Source: Batkoa obscura (taxonomy: Eukaryota). Taken from it: 64,000 nucleotides of DNA. Below, piece by piece: positions 51,132-61,296 of the stretch; positions within the stretch are counted from its first letter, which is position 1, and each line of letters starts with the position of its first letter. Under the pieces are notes generated by a model. The model saw only the letters and a program-made list of their open reading frames with translations, did not search any database and was not told the DNA's origin. A program made the translations under genes and the position numbers. The stretch covers positions 1,116,001 to 1,180,000 of the forward strand of contig JASVEC010000010.1 of NCBI GenBank assembly GCA_030770535.1, given 5' to 3'.

Positions 51132-52800
51132 TTAACGTTGCTGAAAGATGACATCGAGCGGTGCATGACCCTTTGGGTGTAAAACAATGTAAGCAATAGA
51201 TTCAAGCATTACATTTTTATCCTTAAGCAAGATATCAAAGTTTAAAAAGAGGGCTACTAAAGTAAGTGACAACTCCAAGTTAGCTAAATTGCGTCCAATG
51301 CAAGATCGGGGACCAGAGGAAAAAGGAAGGAAGGCTTTAAGATCGTTATTTTTACGATCGTCAAAACGATCTGGATTGAACTTTTCGGGCTGATCCCAAT
51401 ACCTTTCCGAATGATGCATGGCATAACAATTGGTAAAAAGTTCTGTATCTTCAGGTAAAAAATAGCCATTTAAAGTAACTGCGTGGGGAACTTTTCTTAG
51501 CATTGGGTGTGAGCCTACTGGATAGTAGCGTAAGATCTCCTTCAAGACTTTTTGAAAATAGGGTAGGTCTTGAACAATCTTTTTGTAGCTTAAAGGATCT
51601 TTGGTGCTGGGAAATACTTGACGTATCTCCTTTTCTAATTTTACTTTAACTTCAGGGTGTTTGAGGATTAAATATAAAGCCCAAGTTAAAGTATGTCCAG
51701 TCGTGTCACTACCTGCTAATCTATAAAAAATTATTTAATATTTAATTTTAGGTTATTCTATCGTTATTACAATAATTCAGCACACTCCTCCATAAGGTCT
51801 ACCATAGAAATAGGTTCATCTGTTACTGGATCTTTAGCATGAATCAAAGAATTAAGTAAATCATTAGGGATTTCTTCCCCATTTTCAATCATCTGCTTGC
51901 GCTGTAAAATAGAATCTTTAGCCATCTAGACAATATCAGTAATTGCTATTAATATCAAATAAAACATATTACAATAGCCAAATTTTTATAATAAGGATTG
52001 CCAAACAATCTTACTGGTGGTACCACCGCGTTTAAAACCACAAAAATCATTAAGTTACGTATCCAATCTAGGATAGTATGATAAGAACCACCTAAAAGAT
52101 TGAAGTCTTTACTGAACACTAATTTGCCAATCACGTCCTATTAAAAATAGTATTAAGACTAATAAAAATTATGAACTATAATTTTTTTTACATAAGCTAA
52201 ATAAATGAATTCTTTAGACATATCTACTGCATTCCCATTTAATTCTTTAAGCTTATTTACTAATTTATTGACCCCAGATTCAATAACAATAGCTTCCAAC
52301 TTTAGGATATTATTTTCACTAAAGGCTCTTGAAGCTGTTCTTCTTCTTGACGAGTGTTGCTTACGATCTTTAATTGAAATCATGGACCATCCTACAGTAC
52401 GCATATGATTGTAAAAATCAGTCTTTTCAAATTTATAGTTGTTATGAATCTGTTTCCAACTATCAACATCGTTAATGCTTATTTTATCTAAGCCTAAAGT
52501 GAGTTTTTAATAAATTTCAGGTCAAAAAGAATAATGACTATGCTTACTTATCCTTACCACAGGACCATAGATATTATGTAAGTTGGAGAGATGCATATGA
52601 AAAGTACCATTAATCATAAAATAAAGGTCATATAAAGGTATAATTTTAGATATTAAAGGTCCAGGTATGTGTTTGTAAGGGCTTAGATATAAGTTGTAAA
52701 CAATAAAAGATAACCATGAAATAATAATTACAAAAAATAATAAAGTATAGTCTAAGTCGTATAGTAAGTCTATAATAGGTTGATGCAGTAGTGACACCAT
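51132..52800 (-). CDS. Cytochrome P450 (5 exons), paralog of 47663-49324
   Basis: AGSDTT; EILR; PDRF; FSSGPRSCIG; four introns at the same positions as in the paralog. Confidence 0.95.
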
Positions 52801-54003
52801 ATTAAGTTTCTAAAATAAAATATTTTTACCATGAGTTTTTTTGTTGGCTTTTATATAATAGTTTATCAAGTCAACATTCAATATAATGCTTGGAATGGAA
52901 GTCAACGTTGTTTTAAGATGTATTGAGTTAACTAACAGTAAACTAAATCTTTACCTAATACATTGATTGATAGCGTGGTATGATTATCGGAAACTTTTAA
53001 ACTATAACCACTAATTTAGTAATCATACTAAAATTAAAATTCAGAATCTGATGTTAAAAAAGAGGTGTGTAAAAAGAAAGTATTTTTGCTATTTTAAGTT
53101 GAAAAAGTTGTATCCTCTCTTCGGTTAGATGAGGCAATCGAATTTTTTAACTGGTATCGTATTTATTTAAAATTATACCTATATATCGATTTTCATATTG
53201 TGTATGCTATTTTTAAATATGTATTGATTATGGCAATAGCTTGGATTTTAATAATTAGATCGGTGTAACAAACTTGATCTTTTAGAATTTAATTTCACCA
53301 GTGTGGTCTAACTAATTTTGACAGTTTGCTATTGTTTGCATTTGAAACTTTTAATTCAATATGAGATAAAGGGTGCGTTCATAGTGTTAAAAATAAATAG
53401 TATCAAAGTAATCTTTCTGTTTTTAATATATTATTTTAACTATTTAGCTTCTTTAATGTATTAATTAAGGATTTAATTTGATATTTTCAACTTCACTTAG
53501 TAATAAGTAAAGTAATTTATAAACAAACCTCTTTTTATTGTTAAACAATAAATTGATTACATCTTACATTTATTTTTTAATAAAATGTTCGTTATAGATT
53601 TTAAAGGGCAAGTAAAAAGGTGTTCAAATATTTAATTTTTAGTTCCATAATCTAAGTTTACTCTTAAGGGTAATCTAACAACAGTAGATTTAATAATGTC
53701 ATAGAAATTTTTACATTTCTAATCGACAATAACGTATATAACCATATTTAAAACCTCCTTCAACCAAAGGATTCGTAAAAAGACTACTTTTATTCATTTA
53801 ATAATAAATTATTAATAATCTTAATAAAAAAGTACAGCATTCATAGTTCTATTATAACTTTGAATAAAGTCAACGTAAAAATATGATAATTTGAATGAAG
53901 TTTTCTTTACCTGATGGCTTTTACATCACATATCTTTAAAACAAAAGCTCTATAGCTTACTTTACATAAGTTTACCATTATGCTTTTACTTTAAAAAATA
54001 TAT

Positions 54004-54093
54004 GGAAATGTGTTTTATTAAGGATTTTGCTGATAGTTTTTTTACCCAAACAATACTTAAAAATGGAAAAAGTGATGAAACCAAGAGAAAACC
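54004..54093 (+). mobile_element. MITE family A copy (diverged)
   Basis: TSD ATAT/ATAT; GGAAAAAGTGATGAAACC core. Confidence 0.75.
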
Positions 54094-54177
54094 ATATAAA
54101 AAAGTAAAGATATAAAATAGATTAAAAAGCTGCTTTTTAAAAATATATAAATTTTATTAATCCCTTATGATATGCGA

Positions 54178-54259
54178 GACACTTTGGCCGAGCGGTTAAG
54201 GCGTGAGCCTAGAAAGCTCATGGGGTTTCCCCGCGCAGGTTCAAATCCTGCAGGTGTCG
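54178..54259 (+). tRNA. tRNA-Ser(AGA)
   Basis: Identical to 26792-26873. Confidence 0.96.
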
Positions 54260-54546
54260 TACTCATTTTTATTTTTATGATAAATAAAATCAAAGGTTAT
54301 TAAGCATTCTCAGGTAATCCTTTTGGATAAAGAAGCAAGCGAATTATTAAGTACAAAACTTTAGTCAATCCTATAAAAGAAATTCAAAACGTGTAATGTA
54401 ACTTTATTTCGAATTTTAGGTTATTGCTGCTAATAACAAATAAAGGATATTTATTAAAAATCTAAAAAATCTAAAAAAAGTAAAGTTGTTTAAGTAAATT
54501 TATCAATACTTTTTAAATCAAATACTATTTTACTTATAATTTATTT

Positions 54547-54643
54547 AGGGATGTATTTTTTGTTTAAGAATTTTACTAACATCTTTTCGCTCAAATAGTG
54601 CTTAAAAGATGGAAAAAGTAATGAAGTCAAAAAGAACATCCCC
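54547..54643 (+). mobile_element. MITE family A copy
   Basis: TSD ATTT/ATTT. Confidence 0.85.
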
Positions 54644-54811
54644 ATTTTATTTAAAATATCAAATCCTATCTTTTATTAGTTAAAGTTAACCTCCAAAAAG
54701 AAAAAAACATATAGGAATACCTAATAGTTCTTTAGTTTTTTTCAACTGGATTATCTGTTTATTTAGACTTCCCAAATTTAGGTCGGTTTCTTTTTTTCTA
54801 GGCTTATTTCC

Positions 54812-55154
54812 TTATACCTTTCCTTGGCTTTCTTTTTGGCTTTTTTTAATTTTTTTTATCAGAAGCGGATCCATCAGTAACATACTCACCACCTGTACCC
54901 TCTTCGGCATCCTTTTATTTTCATCTTTTATGTTCCTAAAAATCACATCTTCTGAATTTTTACATGGATCAGCTGAGACTGAGTTAGGACAAGTAGATAC
55001 CATCTTTGCCACACGAATTGTTTTAGTTACTGTTTTATCATTACATGACTTATGAGATTTTCCTTGTTTGTGTATCTTTGGCACTATCATAATCGTTATC
55101 TGCTGAGACAGCAGATTAGTTTAACTGCTCTCACCCTTACTTTAAGTAATTCAT
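54812..55154 (-). pseudogene. Pseudogene of KTVTKT-family secreted protein
   Basis: ATG at 55154 in the family 5' context, followed by TAA at codon 6. SAVSADNDY lies in one frame and SCNDKTVTKTIRVAKMVSTCPN in another (frameshift). 3' limit approximate. Confidence 0.8.
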
Positions 55155-56272
55155 ATCAACTAAGTAGTTATTATTATCAAAGTAAGATTTACCGAATTTG
55201 TTAAATAGTTTGGGGATGATTAAATTGGTTTCATTTTTCTATCTAATTCAAATATTTCAAAGTTTAAACCTGCTTGAAATTCTACAAACAATTTTTTTAT
55301 TAAAAAGTAAAAATATTCAATACAGTTTAAGCTATTTTATCATACTTTATATTGCAAGTTAGCTGAATCTCTATTAAAATTAATAGAAATTTCCAGATTA
55401 TTAGTTTTTTTTACTAATATAGCCTATATATTGATATTAATTAAAGTTATAGTATGTAAATAAGTACCTATTCCTATAAACCTTTATTAAGAAATATTTG
55501 TTATTAACTGCTTTATAGCTAATATTAGAGATCTACTAGCAAACAAACAAATTATTCTAATGTTACAATTGGATTATTACTAAGTTAATAAATAGCTGCA
55601 TGGAAGGGAGTGATTAGCCCTAAAACTACAAGAATTGTTTTTATATAATATAGGCAATATAATAATATTTTTTATTTATTATTGCAACTACTTACTTTTT
55701 AACTAATTATCAACTTAGTTATTAACAACTTAAACAATATTAACATTTGATAATTGAATTTTATCCTTTAGTAAATCACTTGGTTAGTAAATGCTGAAAC
55801 TTTTAAATTTTGAGTTATTTTTGTAACATAAGCTGGAGTTAACCTCAGTTTTTTAATTTTCTGTAAACTTTATAAGTTTGATTAGAATTAGATCACTTTT
55901 TTAATCTATCAAATACTGGATAATAATGTAGTTTGTTATCGTGTTTAATAAGACATAGATACTTTTTAATACCTTATATTATTATTATTATTTATACTTT
56001 TTAAAAATTATACTGTTTTCCTATTATTAAAAATTAAGCTGTCAATCTTATTATATTTATAAGTAAAAATCTCAAATTTTAAAATTTAAAACAATTTCTT
56101 ATAACTATCTATATATTAATTTTTATAAAACTTTTAAATAAAAGTTCTTTAGGCATTGAATCAATTAAATTGTTTTCTGAATTATGATTTAATATTTCAG
56201 ACAAACAATTAAAATAAACTTTATTGTTTTATCATTTTTTAAATATAAAATACTAAACCTTAATACTAATAT

Positions 56273-56360
56273 AGCTTGTTTAAGAATTTTACTAATAATC
56301 TTTCCGCTCAAATAGCGCTTAAAAGGTGAAAAAAGTAATGAAACCAAAAAAATCATCCCC
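56273..56360 (+). mobile_element. MITE family A copy (left end partly deleted)
   Basis: TTTAAGAATTTTACTAATAATCTTTCCGCTCAAATAGCGC...ATCCCC-ATAT. Confidence 0.8.
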
Positions 56361-57189
56361 ATATGCTCATATCTTTTTGGTAAATAAATGCAAAGGGACA
56401 ATTTCAATCAATTGAAAGATCATAATTTTGAATATTTTTATAAATAATATTATAAGACCAATATTATATCCTTTACAATTTTTAGAAAATAGTATCTAGA
56501 GCTATGATGATTAATTTTGCTTGGTATCACCTTTTGCTCTTTGACATAGATAGAAATATAGCCAAAGTAATATCTAAATAGACTTTATAGTTAGTGTCTT
56601 TTATAGTGTGTAAATGCATTCAATCAGTTTATTAGAGTAAAATTGCAGATATTGAAAAAGGAATAATGGCAACTATTGGGCAAAGTAAAAAACTAACCAA
56701 AGTTTAATCCTACATATAGGCATTGATTCATGTAAAACTTTGTACAACTTGCATTATGTTATACTTTACTAAAATAGCTATAAATAACAGTATTAGAAGT
56801 CTGAGTTCCACGAATACTGAATTTTTTGTACAAGCATTTATCAAAGAATATTTGACTTACACTTATACTTTTTTGAAAAAAATTTATCACTGAGTTTATT
56901 AGTATTAAAGTTATGATATAGCTGTAAGAGGCCATTAGAACCGTAAGTTCTAGAAAGTTATTTTTTCATTTGGATATAATAACTACTGGGTTTTTTAAAT
57001 ACTAAAAGCCCGTAATAACTATAATGAATTTAATTATGCTCTATATTGTTTTGGTCTAAATAGTCTAAATAGTCTAAATAGTTAGATTTTACTTTGTCAT
57101 TATTTACAAAAAGTATTGGTTGTTATTTTATGGTACTTAAGATATAAATAGCAGTTAAAAAAATTCAATATCATTGATTCTATCCAACT

Positions 57190-58458
57190 TACAATTTACT
57201 TTCGTCTCTCATCATACTCATGTTCCTTACATGGTTGGCATGTAGTTTGCTTAGTAGCCTAATATCATCATCTATCATCTTCGGTTTCACGGGAATGACT
57301 AAAAAGTTCAGTATTATAGTAATTATCGTCAAAGTTTAATGTATTGATGGGCTTAATAAAAACAAGTTTAATAACAGCTCTTAGTGACTTCTTTTTGTTT
57401 AGTTGGGTTTATATAAGATGATTATTATAATTAGTACAGTTGCTATGAACTCAGTTATCCCTCTTATAGTTCCTTCAATTAATAATCCGTAGTTATTATT
57501 TTCCGCCTCTTTAGGATTAAGTTTACTGGCTATATTACCATTGATCAATGGTGATACGTCATTGATTTCTCCTCAAATTTAATATTTGAGCTTTGTTTAT
57601 ACTCCAAGGTATAAACAAATCGGTATCAATATCAGTAGGATTGCTAGTGAGTGATAGATTCAAATTTATTTTATAAGTGTTTTCATATATAAATAAATTG
57701 ACTAAAAAATTATCATAAACAATGAAGCATTCCAGATGATTGAGTTTAGTAGAATGATTTAATAATATATTGGAATAGTTAGAACTGAATTTTATAAAAA
57801 TTAACTTGGTTATCAAAATCCTTTATAATACTATAAATAAACTCTTTTCCTTTTATAATATCTATACTCTTATTGTCTTTGTACTTGATATCATATTTAT
57901 TTACTATGTTTCTATTTAAATCCAATTCATATAAATTAATCTCATCTTGTAAAACATGATAATAATGTATGGTTTCTTCGAAATCAAACTTCAATATATT
58001 AGTTTTGCTTTTTAACTGATAAAACCCGTTAATAAAAGATTCGTTATACTACTCCTTTTTTTGAATACTAAGATAACCAAATGAAAGCATTGTTTTATCA
58101 GCATTATCATAGAAGCTTATTAATACTTTTTTTGATACTAAATACGTATGACATAATAGTTTAATTAAATATATTATTTGCTCTAATTTCTTCATATCCT
58201 ACTGCATTGCCGCTTAATTTGAATGCATTTCTTAGATCTAATTTAAATAACACTTTATTAGGCTCTCTTCTACCTAAACTTGGGATCTCAATAAGCCCAG
58301 ATATATAATATAATTCAACATCTATTATAGCACATCCATCGTCAGTTAGGCTTGGTGTTTTCTGTGTTAATTTCATTGAATAATAAACTGATAAGCGTTA
58401 AAAACAATCACATTATAAAAACAAGCTAAATGTAGATTTAGTCTAATATATATTTCAT
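57190..58458 (-). pseudogene. Degenerate single-pass membrane protein gene (possibly kelch/beta-propeller-like ectodomain)
   Basis: Fragmented same-strand ORFs (58161-58376, 57779-57994, 57559-57816) broken by stops and frameshifts; remnant TM GLLIEGTIRGITEFIATVLIIIILY near 57410-57490. Boundaries approximate. Confidence 0.55.
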
Positions 58459-58758
58459 GTAGCCTTTAATAGGTAAAAAGCTCATCCACATATATATAAT
58501 GTTTTTAACTGGTTACTATTTATGATAAATTTACCAAATTCATTAAAGTTTGATTCCATGTTAAATTATTTTCATTTTTGCTAAATTGCTAATGATTTTC
58601 CTAGTACTGTCTACTGTCATTTTAGCTAAATTATAAAGAATTTGTTAAAAGAGGTATTTTGGGATTAGAAAAATATACTCTGGTATTATCAAGAATCAAA
58701 ATAATATCTATAAAAAAAATCAATAGAAATCCACTAGCTTTTAATTTTCAATAGAAAT

Positions 58759-58855
58759 GGGAATGTATTTTTTGTTTAAGAATTTTACTAACAATCTTTC
58801 CACTCAAATAGCGCTTAAAAAACGGAAAAGTAACGAAATCAAAAAAAACATACCT
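58759..58855 (+). mobile_element. MITE family A copy
   Basis: TSD AAAT/AAAT. Confidence 0.85.
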
Positions 58856-59867
58856 AAATACTATGATTCTAAGTAGTTAATAAGTTTAAAATTAAGGTTG
58901 ATTTAAAATATTATGCAATAGTATTTTCAGATCCTTGATAAAAAATCATGGTAACTTTTAAGGTAATAGAGCCTGATAGATAAGGCTCAAAAGGATTTAT
59001 TATTTAAGGTTATTATCCATAGATATTTGCCCATTGTCTTGTACTAGGTTTTCAATTATTTCTAATTTGTGAATATTTATGAAACCAAGTTTTATTTCAA
59101 TGTCCTTCTATTATTCATTTATAATATGTGATTTGAAATAACGACAAGCTTCTACTTTATTTTTCTACCAATTACAAAAATTAATTTAACACAATTATTA
59201 TTATGATATCGGGCTATAGCTTTTTAGTTATTTTTGCCATTTATTTTTAGATAGTTGACAATCTACCATTATTAAAGGTAGATTACTTAAGTAAAAATAA
59301 CAATTCTAACAAAAAATTAATAATCAGATTTTACTATACGTTCCCTGTTAAGATTCTTTGAGCATTTTGTATTTTTGTAATAGCTTAAGTAATATTAAAT
59401 AAAAACATCAGAATACTTAAATGATTTAACTGAGGAGTATATTGGATATTTTTACTTATAATCATATATGCAACTTACTCTAATCTCAATCTGTTTTTAA
59501 ACTTTAAATCATTTAACTTTAGACTATAACTTTTTAAGTTCTACCACTTTGTTAATATAATTTATTTTGATGAAATAAAAACTAGCTATATTGGTTGAAC
59601 TGTTATTCAATGCATTGTCTTATAGCACAATATAAGGGAATATATAGTTTTAATAAATAGCATAAATGTACAAGACTTAAAAAAGAATACGTATATAAAT
59701 ATAAAATCAATATTCAGATTAAAATTTAAAAATGTAACTTTGTAAATAGATATAAAACAAGTAAACATTTCAACAATAAAATAGAACAAAAACAAAAATA
59801 CTTTGAATTTCTTATAAAAAATTATCATTCGTACTGTATTTAAATTTGTAAATAAAAAATAAAAAAT

Positions 59868-60333
59868 ATGAAGATGAATAGCCTTGTTATTTTAGCTTTA
59901 TTAATTGCAGAGGATATTATCAGTTCTAATGTAAGTGATCTTGGAAATAACTTTAGGTGCACACTAAATATCACCATATAGGAGTGTTTTTTTTGGCTTC
60001 ATTACTTTTTCCATCTTTTAAGCGCTATTTGAGTGGAAAAATTATTAGTAAAATCCTTAAATACAAAAATACATCCCCATATGTTTGTTGTTAAGTAATG
60101 AAAGTTATGACTAGATCATGGCTTCAGATCCTAATTGCTTAACGTGTTAGATATTGACTGGTGATCATTATAGTTGCTTTGAATATAACTTTAAAGATCA
60201 GTATGATGTCTGGAAACGTATGGTTGATCGCGTGAAACTAAAAGGTCCAAAAGTATAGTACGAGGTAGCAAACCACCTACTGGCTGTTTTAACTAAACTA
60301 ATGTGGGTCAAAAATGTCCCCCTTGTTGAATAA
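59868..60333 (+). pseudogene. Probable pseudogene of small Cys-rich secreted protein with a MITE in its intron
   Basis: MKMNSLVILALLIAE signal-like exon; GTAAGT donor ~59930; second exon IMASDPNCLTC*ILTGDHYSCFEY... with in-frame TAG stops; ...GCFN*TNVGQKCPPC in a shifted frame. Confidence 0.5.
59980..60078 (-). mobile_element. MITE family A copy
   Basis: TSD ATAT/ATAT. Confidence 0.85.
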
Positions 60334-60490
60334 AAATGGTGTGAAATAGGATTGTTATTTAAAATTTAATGGGAAATATTCATAAGGGTGTAAGGATTAA
60401 AGCCCAAATTATATTATATTGATTTGAAATAAATAAAGCAAATCTTGATAGTTTGATTAAGTATTTGTTTTGATATTTAGGTTGTTATAT

Positions 60491-60579
60491 GGGGATACGG
60501 TTTTTAAAAATTTACTAACCTTTCCATTTAAATAGTGCTTAAAAAATGGAAAAAATGATAAAACTAAAAAAACATCCAC
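60491..60579 (+). mobile_element. MITE family A copy
   Basis: TSD ATAT/ATAT. Confidence 0.8.
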
Positions 60580-61296
60580 ATATAATCTTTTGAATCCTGA
60601 ATTCAAAAAAATTATTTAAATCTAATGATATAAACAAAGTTTATTCAAAAACATTGGAGAATAAATAACTTTAAAAGGTAAAAAGGAAATCCTCCCAAGA
60701 CTTTCGAGTCCTAGAATTACTTGATTCACAGCTAAACATCCTACATATTATACTGCTAATCCAATTTGTTTTAGTCTGTCATGAAAAAAGGTGCATTTTT
60801 AAAATGTTAATAATATAAATTTGTTAGTTGAGATATGAAATATTACATGTTTGGTTTGTTCTTAATGGATTTTTAGTAAAAAATAATACATTCTAAATGA
60901 GGTAATTAATCTGAAGCGACTAAAAAAATTAGATAATTATAAAGCAGTTTTATTTATTTCATGGTTAACTTCCAAATTGACTTATAAATTTGCAACTTTA
61001 CAAAATAAACTGAACTATATAATAGTTATTTTACTAATTATACATCCCTGTTTATTTTACAAAATTATAAATTTAAATAAATTATACTTAAATCATAAGA
61101 GTACCATCAAAATAATAAATGAACATGCTTGGAAGAAAATAAAATAGTAGAACAATTAATTGATAGCTCTAATAAATAGAAATGATAGGCTGGAATAAGA
61201 ATAAATTATATACTTTGTAGGAACAAACTTACTATTAATAATACCTTAAAATTTGTATAAATTTTGCTTTTTATCTTTTAATTAATTATTTTTAAA

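Noticed and set aside
55100..55140. Possible GTAAG...CTAAT...CAG intron rescuing the 55154 pseudogene
   Set aside because: Splicing to either CAG acceptor still gives an immediate in-frame TAA.
59868..60333. In-frame TAG codons as evidence of stop-codon reassignment
   Set aside because: Intact genes in the window translate with the standard code and some end in TAG (11700, 34950); pseudogenisation is simpler.
15690..60579. Family A repeat as a CRISPR array, SINE or ncRNA
   Set aside because: Copies are dispersed in both orientations with TIRs and TSDs; there are no regular spacers and no recognisable tRNA-derived head.
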